Part shown: positions 9,041 to 18,226 of the stretch, in pieces
How the letters are laid out: each line of letters begins with the position of its first letter
Position numbering within the stretch: the first letter of the stretch is position 1
Assembly: GCA_016288655.1 (NCBI GenBank)
Contig: JAEEKX010000043.1
Span: 208-64,207, forward strand
Reading direction: 5' to 3'
Length of the DNA: 64,000 bases
Origin: Bacteroidales bacterium
GTDB lineage: Bacteria; Bacteroidota; Bacteroidia; Bacteroidales; WCHB1-69
Made by a program: the position numbers and the translations under genes
Notes under the pieces: model-generated
The model's input: only the letters and a program-made list of their open reading frames with translations
Databases searched by the model: none
Told to the model about the DNA's origin: nothing

Positions 9041-10135
9041 TTACACGTTGAAGCGGATGTGGAGGATGTCGCCGTCTTCCACGATGTAGTTCTTGCCTTC
9101 GATGGCGATCTTGCCGGCCTCTTTGCATTTGAGTTCGGAGCCGAGGGCGACGAGGTCGTCGTATTTGATGACTTCGGCGCGGATGAAACCGCGTTCGAGG
9201 TCGCTGTGGATGACGCCTGCGGCTTGCGGGGCGGTGAGTCCCTTGCGGATGGTCCAAGCGCGGTTCTCTTTGCCGCCTACGGTGAAGAACGAGATGAGAT
9301 TCAACAACTTATAGGCCGCGCGAATCACTTTGTTGACGCCCGGTTCGGTCAGCCCGACATCTTCGAGGAAGGCCATGCGGTCGGCTTCGTCCTCTAATTC
9401 CGCGATCTCCGACTCCAGTTTGCCGGCAATCGTCAGGATCTCGCAGTCCTGGTCCTTCAACGCCTCGCGCACCGCGTTCACGTAAGCGTTGTTCTCGATG
9501 GCGTTGTCGTTGACGTTGCAGACGAAGAGCACCGGCTTGTCGGTGAGCAGCATCATGTCGGCCACGACCGCCTTCTCTTCGGGTGTCACCTCGAGTGTGC
9601 GCACGTTCTGGAAGTTCTCCAGATGATGCTTGTATTTGGTCAAGACCTCCAGATCGCGCTTGGCGTTCTTGTCGCCCACCTTGGCGGCTTTCTCCACCTT
9701 CTGGATCTTGCGGTCGATCTGCTCCATGTCCTTGACTTGCAGTTCAAACTCCACGATTTCGATGTCGCGTACGGGGTCGATGGAACCTTCCACATGGGGC
9801 AGGTTCTCGTTGTCGAAGCAGCGCAGCACGTGGATGAGCGCGTCGCACTGGCGCACGTCGGCGAGGAAACTGTTGCCGATGCCTTCGCCCTGACTGGCGC
9901 CCTTCGCCAAACCGGGTACATCGACCACATCGACGGTGGCGTAAATCAACTTGTCAGCCGCGATGAAGGTGTTGATCTTCGCCAGGCGATCGTCAGGAAC
10001 GTTGCACACACCGATGTTGGACTTGTTGGTGCTATAGGCGAAGTCGGTGATGGCCGCCTTCGTGTTGGAGATGCAATTGAACATCGTGGTCTTTCCGCAG
10101 TTGGTCAGACCGATGATACCACATTTTAAGCTCAT
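9041..10135 (-). CDS. ychF: Ribosome-binding ATPase YchF
   Basis: 364-aa ORF. P-loop GLTNCGKTTMFN and the C-terminal YchF signature ERGFIRAEV. Confidence 0.95.
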   Translation of the reverse strand: MSLKCGIIGLTNCGKTTMFNCISNTKAAITDFAYSTNKSNIGVCNVPDDRLAKINTFIAADKLIYATVDVVDVPGLAKGASQGEGIGNSFLADVRQCDALIHVLRCFDNENLPHVEGSIDPVRDIEIVEFELQVKDMEQIDRKIQKVEKAAKVGDKNAKRDLEVLTKYKHHLENFQNVRTLEVTPEEKAVVADMMLLTDKPVLFVCNVNDNAIENNAYVNAVREALKDQDCEILTIAGKLESEIAELEDEADRMAFLEDVGLTEPGVNKVIRAAYKLLNLISFFTVGGKENRAWTIRKGLTAPQAAGVIHSDLERGFIRAEVIKYDDLVALGSELKCKEAGKIAIEGKNYIVEDGDILHIRFNV

Positions 10136-10145
10136 AATCAGGAAA

Positions 10146-10403
10146 TTAGAAACCCAACACTACATCTTCCACGGATTTTACTTCCGGGACATATTTTTTG
10201 AGGGTGGCTTCGACGCCCTGCTTGAGGGTGAGTTTGGCGTGGGGGCAGGAACCGCAGGCACCCTGCAATTTCACCTTCACCACATTTTCGTCGGTCATTT
10301 CCACGTATTCCAAGTCGCCACCGTCGCCCTGCAAATAGGGGCGAAGTTGGTTGATGACGGCGATAACTTTCTGTTCAATCGTTGCTTTCTCTTGATTTTC
10401 CAT
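10146..10403 (-). CDS. NifU-family Fe-S cluster scaffold/carrier protein (Nfu-type domain)
   Basis: 85-aa ORF with a CGSCP CxxC motif and the GDGGDLE motif typical of the NifU C-terminal domain. Confidence 0.85.
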   Translation of the reverse strand: MENQEKATIEQKVIAVINQLRPYLQGDGGDLEYVEMTDENVVKVKLQGACGSCPHAKLTLKQGVEATLKKYVPEVKSVEDVVLGF

Positions 10404-10429
10404 AGTTTTTACGATTTAATTTGACGCTG

Positions 10430-10437
10430 CAAAGGTA
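10430..10437 (-). promoter_or_regulatory. Bacteroidota sigma-A -7 box (TAnnTTTG)
   Basis: TACCTTTG on the minus strand, 27 nt upstream of ATG 10403. Confidence 0.6.
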
Positions 10438-10501
10438 CAGCATTTTTTCATAATTCACACATCTTTTTCTTTTATTGAAAGAAATCTGTTGCAATAAATC
10501 G

Positions 10502-10509
10502 TACTTTTG
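10502..10509 (+). promoter_or_regulatory. Bacteroidota sigma-A -7 box (TAnnTTTG)
   Basis: TACTTTTG. It overlaps the TTG that the ORF track uses as the priA start, which argues for a downstream ATG. Confidence 0.6.
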
Positions 10510-10551
10510 CAAACTGAAAAAATGAATCCGCATCCACGAAATATGAAGGAA

Positions 10552-13056
10552 ATGCAGACCTATTTTGCCGACATTTTGCTCCCGCTTCCCCTGCCAGGAA
10601 CTTTCACATACCGAGTGCCGCAGGCCCTGAATGGTATGCTGGATTTTGGCATGCGCGTGGTGGTCCCCTTCGGTAAGAACAAGTTGCGTTCCGGATTGGT
10701 AGTGAAGATGCATCAGAATGTGCCACAGCAGGTTAACATCAAATACATTGTGGATGTCATCGACCGCGAACCGATTGTTTCAGAGCGGCAGTTCAAACTG
10801 TGGCAGTGGATTGCCGACTACTATCTCTGTACTTTGGGCGAGGTGATGGCCTGTGCGCTGCCGTCCGCGCTCAAATTGGCCGGCGAGACGCGCGTGCTTC
10901 TGCATCCCCACTTCGACGGCGATATTTCCGGTCTGACAGAGAATGAGTTGCGCATTGTGGAGACGGTCGCCAACCAGAAAAAGTCCGTCGTCAGCGAGTT
11001 GTCCCGCACGCTTGACTTGCCCAAAATCTTGCCGATTATCAAGACTTTGGTGGAAAAACAGGTGATTGTGACGGAGGAGGAGATCAGCGACCCATACAAA
11101 CCCAAACACGAGACCTATCTCACTTTGGCAGAGCCGTACGCCCACGACGAGAAGCAACTTTACGCCCTTCTGGATGAGTTGGAACGTTCGAAACGAACCG
11201 CCAAACAAGCCGAAGTAATTCTGTTTTTCCTTACAATTCTGCAAAAAAATGGCATAGTCAATAATTTTTCTCAAAGGATAAAAAAGAAGGATTTGACTGA
11301 AAGTGAGCGAATTTCAAAATCGTCATTTCAAAAGTTGATTGAAAAACAGGTCATCATACAACACGAGGAGGTAATCAGCCGGTTGGTGGATTACGACGCC
11401 CAATTGGATGCCGCTTCCATTGAACTTTCGGAGGCGCAGCAGACGGCGCACGACAGCATCTTGCGCTCTTTCGAGCAACATCCTACGGTGTTGTTGCATG
11501 GCGTGACGGGCAGCGGCAAGACGGAGATCTACATCAAGTTGATTGACGAGGTCTTGAAGTCGGGAAAACAGGTGTTGTACCTATTGCCGGAGATTGCGCT
11601 TACTTCGCAGATTGTCAATAGATTGCGAAAATATTTCGGGGATAAGGTCGGGGTCTATCACTCCCGTTTCAATGAGTATGAGCGGGTGGAGATTTGGGAG
11701 CGGGTGTTGAACAATGACAAATACGGCAGCACATCGGGCAAGTACCAATTGATTTTGGGTGCCCGTTCCGCTTTGTTGTTGCCTTTCAATAATTTAGGAC
11801 TTATTATCGTGGATGAGGAGCATGACTCTTCCTACAAGCAGATGGATCCTGCGCCGCGCTACCATGCCCGCGACTGTGCCATTATTCTGTCACATCTCCA
11901 TCAGGCGAAGACGTTGCTGGGGACGGCCACGCCTTCGTTGGAGAGTTTTTTCAATGTCAAGCAGAATAAGTTTGGTTATGTACTTCTGAACCAGCGATAT
12001 GCGAAAAGTGTCCTGCCCGATGTCTGGGTCGTCGATATGGCCGAAAGTGTCCGACAGCGGAAGGTAAACGGGCTGTTTTCTAATTTTCTGATTGAAAAGA
12101 TCGGGGCGGCTCTCGACAGGCACGAGCAGGTGATTCTTTTCCAGAACCGTCGGGGGTTCTCCCCACGGCTGCACTGCAACTCCTGCCAGACGTCCCCCAC
12201 CTGCAAGTATTGTGATGTAACGCTCACCTACCACAAACGGCTGAATCTGCTGAAGTGCCACTATTGTGGGTATGCCATCGAGGTGCCGCGCGAGTGCCCG
12301 ACCTGCCACAGCTTAGACATCGAGATGCGTGGCTTCGGCACTGAGAAGGTGGAGGAGCAACTGGCGGAGATTTTCCCGAACGCTGTCATCCAGCGCATGG
12401 ACTTGGATACCACGCGCCAAAAGACTGCATATCAACAAATTATCTCGGATTTTGAAACTCATCGAACAGATATCTTGGTCGGGACACAGATGGTTACCAA
12501 AGGGTTGGACTTCGACCGCGTTTCGGTGGTGGGCGTGCTGAATGCCGACAACCTGATCAGTTTCCCGGATTTCCGTTCGTTCGAGCGGGCATTCCAGACG
12601 ATGGCGCAGGTGAGCGGTCGCGCTGGCCGAAAGGAGGTGCCGGGTACGGTGGTCATTCAGAGTTACCAACCCAATCATCCTGCACTCAAGTACGTGGTTA
12701 GCAATGATTTCAATGCCATGTACAACACTCAAATCGCGGAGAGGAAACAGTTTTTCTATCCGCCTGTTTGCCGTCTTATCAAACTGACGTTGAAGCATCA
12801 GGATGAGCATTTGCTCAACCGTGCTTCCCAGGAGTTGGCGACTGCTCTGCGCCAAAGTTTCGCCAATCGCGTGTTGGGGCCGGAATATCCGCTCGTGTCG
12901 CGCGTGCAGACCTACTATCTGAAAGACATCTGGCTGAAGTTTGATAAGGATGCGCAACTCGCTGTGCAAAAGGATGTTCTGCGCAGGATTTTGGCAGATT
13001 TCCGTACCCATACGGAGTTTCGCAATGTGCATGTGGTGGTCAATGTGGATGCGTAG
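10552..13056 (+). CDS. priA: Primosomal protein N' (replication restart helicase PriA)
   Basis: Walker A GVTGSGKTE, DEEHD box, and a Cys-rich zinc-binding insert (CNSCQ..CKYCD..CHYCG..CPTC). The start is uncertain: ATG 10522, 10543 or 10552. I chose 10552 because MQTYFADILLPLPLP resembles typical PriA N-termini. Confidence 0.92.
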   Translation: MQTYFADILLPLPLPGTFTYRVPQALNGMLDFGMRVVVPFGKNKLRSGLVVKMHQNVPQQVNIKYIVDVIDREPIVSERQFKLWQWIADYYLCTLGEVMACALPSALKLAGETRVLLHPHFDGDISGLTENELRIVETVANQKKSVVSELSRTLDLPKILPIIKTLVEKQVIVTEEEISDPYKPKHETYLTLAEPYAHDEKQLYALLDELERSKRTAKQAEVILFFLTILQKNGIVNNFSQRIKKKDLTESERISKSSFQKLIEKQVIIQHEEVISRLVDYDAQLDAASIELSEAQQTAHDSILRSFEQHPTVLLHGVTGSGKTEIYIKLIDEVLKSGKQVLYLLPEIALTSQIVNRLRKYFGDKVGVYHSRFNEYERVEIWERVLNNDKYGSTSGKYQLILGARSALLLPFNNLGLIIVDEEHDSSYKQMDPAPRYHARDCAIILSHLHQAKTLLGTATPSLESFFNVKQNKFGYVLLNQRYAKSVLPDVWVVDMAESVRQRKVNGLFSNFLIEKIGAALDRHEQVILFQNRRGFSPRLHCNSCQTSPTCKYCDVTLTYHKRLNLLKCHYCGYAIEVPRECPTCHSLDIEMRGFGTEKVEEQLAEIFPNAVIQRMDLDTTRQKTAYQQIISDFETHRTDILVGTQMVTKGLDFDRVSVVGVLNADNLISFPDFRSFERAFQTMAQVSGRAGRKEVPGTVVIQSYQPNHPALKYVVSNDFNAMYNTQIAERKQFFYPPVCRLIKLTLKHQDEHLLNRASQELATALRQSFANRVLGPEYPLVSRVQTYYLKDIWLKFDKDAQLAVQKDVLRRILADFRTHTEFRNVHVVVNVDA

Positions 13057-13087
13057 TTTGGGCTTTTTGTCATCACGAAATTTTTAT

Positions 13088-13095
13088 TATTTTTG
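13088..13095 (+). promoter_or_regulatory. Bacteroidota sigma-A -7 box (TAnnTTTG)
   Basis: TATTTTTG, 24 nt upstream of ATG 13119. Confidence 0.6.
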
Positions 13096-13118
13096 CTGAC
13101 GTTTCCGTCAATAACCCA

Positions 13119-14096
13119 ATGAGTTGTAAATCAGTGATTTATTGGGTGTTGGAATTTCAAAAAACTGGATATATGAGTGATACCGTACATTTTCCTCCCT
13201 ATTTGAAACCAGGTGATTGCATTGGAATCGTTGCGCCTGCTAGAAAGATTTCGCCGCAGGAACTGAAGGCGGGTATCGACTTCTTGGAAGGCCAGGGCTT
13301 TCGTGTGGCGATGGGGAAGAACTTGTTTGCCAAGAACTACCAGTTTGCGGGCACCGATGACGAGCGTGCGGAGGATTTCCAGTCCATGATGGATGATCCG
13401 GAAATCAGTGCAATCTGGTGTGCCAGAGGTGGTTATGGCTCTGTAAGAATCATCGACAAACTCGATTTCTCCCGTTTTTTGCAGAAACCCAAATGGATTT
13501 GCGGCTACAGTGACGTTACGGTCTTTCATTCGCACCTACACACATTGGGTATCGGTACTTTGCACTGCACAATGCCGGTGTCGATGGCGGGTGACCCTGT
13601 AGAGAGTCTCAATCACCGTTCTATGATACAGGCACTTACGGGTGGGATCTTGGCCTATACGATTCCTGCGAGTCCGCTCAATCGTCCTGGTATGGCCACG
13701 GGCGAAGTGGTGGGTGGCAACCTCTCCATCCTCTATTCCTTGCTGGGGTCCTGTTCGGATATCGATGCTCGCGGAAAGATTCTCTTCATCGAGGACATCG
13801 ACGAGCATTTGTACCATATCGACCGCATGATGCAGGCCTTGAAGCGGTCCGGGAAGTTGGATGGGCTGGCAGCCATGATCGTTGGTGGCATGGAGGACAT
13901 GCACAACAACGATCCGAGCAATCCTTTTGGGCAAACTGCTGAGGAGATCATCGTCAGTTGTTGTGCCGATCACGACTATCCTGTCTGTTTCCACTTCCCG
14001 ACAGGGCATGGAGCCGACAATGTGGCGCTCAAGATGGGGGCGAAAGCTACGGTTTCCGTCTCTTCGCATGGTTCGACGTTGATATTCAATGAATAA
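13119..14096 (+). CDS. LD-carboxypeptidase (peptidase S66, LdcA-like)
   Basis: S66 motifs GIVAPA and ARGGYGS. ATG 13173 (MSDTVHFPPYLKPGD) is an alternative start. 13119 fits the 24-nt promoter spacing seen elsewhere in the window. Confidence 0.85.
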   Translation: MSCKSVIYWVLEFQKTGYMSDTVHFPPYLKPGDCIGIVAPARKISPQELKAGIDFLEGQGFRVAMGKNLFAKNYQFAGTDDERAEDFQSMMDDPEISAIWCARGGYGSVRIIDKLDFSRFLQKPKWICGYSDVTVFHSHLHTLGIGTLHCTMPVSMAGDPVESLNHRSMIQALTGGILAYTIPASPLNRPGMATGEVVGGNLSILYSLLGSCSDIDARGKILFIEDIDEHLYHIDRMMQALKRSGKLDGLAAMIVGGMEDMHNNDPSNPFGQTAEEIIVSCCADHDYPVCFHFPTGHGADNVALKMGAKATVSVSSHGSTLIFNE

Positions 14097-14117
14097 TAGG
14101 TTGAAAACAAAATAGTT

Positions 14118-14744
14118 ATGAGAAAATTCAATGCGTTCATACTCAAGGTTTTAGGATATAAGATTGACTGCGTAAACCTCCCGCCGGAGTTGAAGAAGTG
14201 TGTATTGCTTTTTGCTCCACATACCAGTTATTATGATTTTTTAATAGGAGTGATGGCGATTAGTGCCATGGGGTTCAAGGCGTCGTTGTTGATCAAGAAG
14301 GAAGCTTTTTTCTGGCCGTTGGGCCCGATTTTGCGCAGGTGTGGCGGTATTCCCATTGACCGCAAGCATGTGAAGAAGTTTCCGGTATATGCGGCCAACT
14401 ATATCAAGGAGCAGGATGAGATTGCATTTCTGATTTCCCCTGAAGGCACCCGCGCGTTGAATAAGAATTGGAAAAAGGGATTTTATTTCATTGCATGCGA
14501 GGCCGGCGTTCCCATTGTGCCGGGCTACCTCGATTTTAGAACCAAGCGAGGCGGTGTCCTGCCTGCCTACTATCCCACGGGCGATTACGAAAAGGACTTG
14601 GCGGAGTTGGAAAAAAGATATTACGGGATGCATGGCTTACATAAAGGGAAGTTCAATTTGGAGGACAAACCATACGCTTTTCCGGAATGGCTTAGCGAGA
14701 AGGAACGGAAAAAGGAGCAGGAGCGCTTTGGCCCCCGCCCTTAG
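14118..14744 (+). CDS. 1-acyl-sn-glycerol-3-phosphate acyltransferase family protein
   Basis: 208-aa ORF with the HxxxxD acyltransferase motif (PHTSYYD) and a downstream PEGTR motif. Confidence 0.8.
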   Translation: MRKFNAFILKVLGYKIDCVNLPPELKKCVLLFAPHTSYYDFLIGVMAISAMGFKASLLIKKEAFFWPLGPILRRCGGIPIDRKHVKKFPVYAANYIKEQDEIAFLISPEGTRALNKNWKKGFYFIACEAGVPIVPGYLDFRTKRGGVLPAYYPTGDYEKDLAELEKRYYGMHGLHKGKFNLEDKPYAFPEWLSEKERKKEQERFGPRP

Positions 14745-14746
14745 TT

Positions 14747-17700
14747 TCAGTCTTTGAAGATTTTTTCAACGGCAATGCGTTCTCCGTCAGCATAGAGTTG
14801 CAGGATGTACATTCCCGACGACCAGTTGCTGGCATTGATTTCCAAAGAACTGTCGGTTAATGTTCTTTCCATGATTTTCCGTCCGTAAGCGTCGTAGATA
14901 CAAGCCCTTATTCCTCTTGCTGCCATCTGTTCCTCGTCTGTCGGCGATGTCGCTTCGGATGTGTTCTCTAGATTCTCATGTACTTCGGAGACGAAGATGG
15001 TAAACCGGTCGTGAGCAGGGTTGGGGGCCACAGAGGTCACGAGGTTACGTCTTGTTGGGCTGTCGGACATTCTATTTGACGAGGGACAAGAGAACATTCT
15101 GGAAAAGATGTATCCAGAGGGGAGCCCTGCCTGGTTGAAAGCCCGCACCTGTGCGATGTAGGATCTTCTTTCTCCCATAGGGGCGGGAATGGAGACTTCG
15201 GTCCTTTGGGTGCTTCCCCTTCGGATAATTGTATTTGGTTGATTGCTGGGATGGATGATGTATTCGTAAGAGGCGATGTTGGAGTTCGGGTCTGTGGCTT
15301 GTGGCCAGCGCAATGTTAGCCTGGGGGTGGTAGTACTCAACTCTTGGATTGGCCAAAAGGGTTCCACATTTCCTGAAAGCAGCGGTGTGCTCACGTCGAT
15401 TTTAACTTTTTTTTCGACAATAGGTGAGAATTGTCCGGCATCATCCATCACGATGGACTTGATTTTGGCTCCAGCGTTGCCGTTGGATGCTTCCCAAGGG
15501 GCGTCGCTGATGTCGCCAGTGCCTACGTTGATCTCTATTTCTCGGAGACGAGAGCGATAGACGCGCCAGTTGTCGAAGGAGGCGGACAAGCCCGAGGTGG
15601 ACAGCATGGCATACATTCCGCAGTGTGCGAGGGGGACGGGATCTTGCCATTGGAGCAGTCGTTGAGAATCACGATACAGTATCAGAATGCCGTTGGCGTG
15701 GTCATGGAGGATGCGGTAGTGGTGGTTGATGTTGGACTCAGTGGAGATCCCTCCTATGCTGTCGGTGGCCACGATATCACCATTTATCCACCTGTATATC
15801 AGTGCTTTTTGAGATGTTGGGTGGATGCGGATGGAATAGGCGGATCCATTGTGCAAGGGATTCATCCTATCGGCACCGAGGATCAGTTCCATATAGGAGT
15901 CCTCGTTCTCACCGTTGCCGACAGCGGCGTAAAAGTCGTATAGGTAGGCCTCGCTCAAATCTCCTCTCAGTGGGGTGGAGATCACAGCGTGTCCGCTGCC
16001 CGCTTGTGTCAGTCGATGGTTGAGGACACTCCACTGCCCGCTCTGGACGTTCCAGACTTGGGGGTTGAAGTCGTCGAAGTTGTCGCAGGCGAAACCGCGA
16101 GCCCCTTGTGCTGTCCATCGGATGCCGTCGTTGCCCATCACCTGGTAAAAACGATAATCCACACCATGGTCGTCATTGTCATCGAAACTGACGTTGAAGG
16201 ATTCTGTCACCCAGTCCGTCTCATCGTGCAAGATGGCAGTGGTTGGGGGATTGTCGGTGATGGGAAGGTGGGCACTCCATTGAGCGATCCAGCCGGCGGC
16301 GGTGGTGGCGCAGTCGGAGCGGAACTCGATGGTGAGGGCATTGCCCGAGGATGTGACGGTTCTCGGAGAGGTGGTGTTCCACCGACCGATCAATGGTGCA
16401 AAGACAGAGTTTCCGTCGTAAATCCAGAGAAAATCGTAATTGTCTTCCAAATCGAACTGGGAAAATGAAAGTGTAATATCCTCGGCATCAGGAACTTGTA
16501 TAGTGACGATGCGCCGTTCGTCGTTGCCGTAGTTGCCCTGTTCTCCACCGGAATCGGTGAATGTTCCTGTGGAGGTGTGCAGTTCCTCCACGGGGGTGTC
16601 GTGGTTGACGAGTTTGAAGTAGTAATTCCAGTTCCAGAATCTGCCCGGATCGGTGTGGCTCTGCCCGGGAAAGTGCTGATGCCCTTTGATCTTGATGCAG
16701 GAGGTTTCCCCGCCGAGGTCGTGGGTGCCATAGTTGAGAACGGTGCCGTCGTCGAGGGTGTCGCGGTAGAACATTCGGGTAGGCGGGATTCCGTTGCGCT
16801 CGCAGATGTCGCGGGTGAGGGCGGCGGAGGATTCATACATGGCGGAGGTGAAGAAACTGGCGACGTCGCCGTAGGCCTCGTGCTCTATGCCGATGGTGTA
16901 GGGGTTGCAGTTGCCCACGTGCCAGGCCTTGTCGGTTTCGCGCACCATCTGCGTCACCTGCCCGTCAATGGATCGGAGTACGTAATGCGCTGAAACCCTT
17001 GATCCTACGCCGTTGTACGTGCAGTTCTGAAACCAGGAGATGGATCCCGCGTATGTTCCATCCGTATAGTGGATAGTGATGGCTGAGATGTCCCGCCCGT
17101 TCCGACTGGAGTAGTTGCACGTACCTGCAGGATTCCATATCGCATTGGAATAATCCGTATTTTCATCCCTAAAATCCTCTTTTTTATAATCTATTACACT
17201 GTTATTCAAATTTTTATGATGAATTTCCTGCAGCGGAAGAATGAGGTAAGGTGCGTGCAAAAGTGGCAACATTCTGCCAAAAACTTGCACAGTGTCAACC
17301 TTTGGAATCGAGCAATCTATCATCTCACGATAGAAATCGTCATTGATGAAAAGGCAGTAGGCGTAGTGCTGGCTTTGAAGGACGAAATCGTTGAAGGAGG
17401 AGGACTCCTTTGGCAGTTCTGACAGTTCATCCAAAATGGGAAACTGGTCGGGTAGGTGGTTGCTGTAGATCCCTAATTCTTTTTGCAACACCGCGTATGC
17501 ACAAGCGTATGCAAGGATGTTGTCGCGTGCGGATTGTATGATTTTATCCATTTGTGTTCCAGATAGTTGAGATATAAGTTTCATGTTATCTCGGAAGTAG
17601 CCCTTCCCATCCAATGTCAACCCCATCACGCCATACGTGGCAGGAATATCCCCCTCAGGAGCATGATCTTTCTCAGGAATCAGGTGATGAAAACGGGAGT

Positions 17701-17911
17701 AGGAGAATGCCACGGCTTCCAAAACCCCTCGTGGAATGGTCGGATACAGCCCGTAAGCTTCTAAAAAATAGGATTTTACTTTTTCATATTCTTGCAGGAC
17801 AAGTTTCTCAGTCTGATCGTCAAGACTTTTTTTATAGTCGAGATAGTTGTTTTGAGCAGGTGTGAGATAGCCGAAGAGGCAGAGTGTGATAAAAATGCAA
17901 ATTTGTTTCAT
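14747..17911 (-). CDS. Large T9SS-secreted multidomain protein: SLT-like region, Amidase_2 (PGRP-type N-acetylmuramoyl-L-alanine amidase), CUB domain, T9SS C-terminal sorting domain
   Basis: Signal peptide MKQICIFITLCLFGYLTPAQ at ATG 17911 (the track start 17947 is a GTG). Amidase_2 motifs ITIHYTDG..SAHYVL..AWHVGN..IGIEHE..HTDPG. CUB-like FDLEDNYDFLWIYDGNS...IEFRSD. C-terminal VAPNPAHDRFTIFV...GMYILQLYADGERIAVEKIFKD. Confidence 0.85.
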   Translation of the reverse strand: MKQICIFITLCLFGYLTPAQNNYLDYKKSLDDQTEKLVLQEYEKVKSYFLEAYGLYPTIPRGVLEAVAFSYSRFHHLIPEKDHAPEGDIPATYGVMGLTLDGKGYFRDNMKLISQLSGTQMDKIIQSARDNILAYACAYAVLQKELGIYSNHLPDQFPILDELSELPKESSSFNDFVLQSQHYAYCLFINDDFYREMIDCSIPKVDTVQVFGRMLPLLHAPYLILPLQEIHHKNLNNSVIDYKKEDFRDENTDYSNAIWNPAGTCNYSSRNGRDISAITIHYTDGTYAGSISWFQNCTYNGVGSRVSAHYVLRSIDGQVTQMVRETDKAWHVGNCNPYTIGIEHEAYGDVASFFTSAMYESSAALTRDICERNGIPPTRMFYRDTLDDGTVLNYGTHDLGGETSCIKIKGHQHFPGQSHTDPGRFWNWNYYFKLVNHDTPVEELHTSTGTFTDSGGEQGNYGNDERRIVTIQVPDAEDITLSFSQFDLEDNYDFLWIYDGNSVFAPLIGRWNTTSPRTVTSSGNALTIEFRSDCATTAAGWIAQWSAHLPITDNPPTTAILHDETDWVTESFNVSFDDNDDHGVDYRFYQVMGNDGIRWTAQGARGFACDNFDDFNPQVWNVQSGQWSVLNHRLTQAGSGHAVISTPLRGDLSEAYLYDFYAAVGNGENEDSYMELILGADRMNPLHNGSAYSIRIHPTSQKALIYRWINGDIVATDSIGGISTESNINHHYRILHDHANGILILYRDSQRLLQWQDPVPLAHCGMYAMLSTSGLSASFDNWRVYRSRLREIEINVGTGDISDAPWEASNGNAGAKIKSIVMDDAGQFSPIVEKKVKIDVSTPLLSGNVEPFWPIQELSTTTPRLTLRWPQATDPNSNIASYEYIIHPSNQPNTIIRRGSTQRTEVSIPAPMGERRSYIAQVRAFNQAGLPSGYIFSRMFSCPSSNRMSDSPTRRNLVTSVAPNPAHDRFTIFVSEVHENLENTSEATSPTDEEQMAARGIRACIYDAYGRKIMERTLTDSSLEINASNWSSGMYILQLYADGERIAVEKIFKD

Positions 17912-17949
17912 AGCATCGGTTTTAGTGGTTGGAGCATTTGTGAACACCG

Positions 17950-17957
17950 CAAAGATA
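17950..17957 (-). promoter_or_regulatory. Bacteroidota sigma-A -7 box (TAnnTTTG)
   Basis: TATCTTTG on the minus strand, 39 nt upstream of ATG 17911. Confidence 0.6.
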
Positions 17958-18152
17958 CTATAGCACCCTATCGATTTCCAAGGGTTTTAAAACGAATTAA
18001 CTTTTTTTAAGAAATTGATTTTTGATGCTTATTTAACTGATTATCAATATAATATAATTTTATCAAAAAGACGATTCTGCTACTATTTTTCACAGTTTTT
18101 TTAGAAGCACAATTTTTTTGGAAGAAAAATGGGGCAATCTCAAAATATGTTG

Positions 18153-18160
18153 TAACTTTG
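18153..18160 (+). promoter_or_regulatory. Bacteroidota sigma-A -7 box (TAnnTTTG)
   Basis: TAACTTTG, 67 nt upstream of ATG 18227. Confidence 0.55.
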
Positions 18161-18226
18161 CACCCGCAAAGGAAAAGAGGCGTTTGGAACGAAAATCACA
18201 TTTATTACAATTTAAAATACATAAAG

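Noticed and set aside
9030-9257. A 76-codon Arg/Pro/His-rich N-terminal extension of rpoN in the ORF track.
   Set aside because: It overlaps the 3' end of ychF in another frame and is compositionally non-protein-like. The canonical sigma-54 region I (MALRQSLEQKQQQRL) starts at ATG 9029, 12 nt after the ychF stop.
18161-18226. A possible SAM or other riboswitch in the leader of the Cys/Met PLP-enzyme gene.
   Set aside because: The leader is only about 60 nt, AT-rich, and lacks the paired helices or conserved cores of SAM-I, SAM-II or SAM-SAH elements as far as I can fold by eye.
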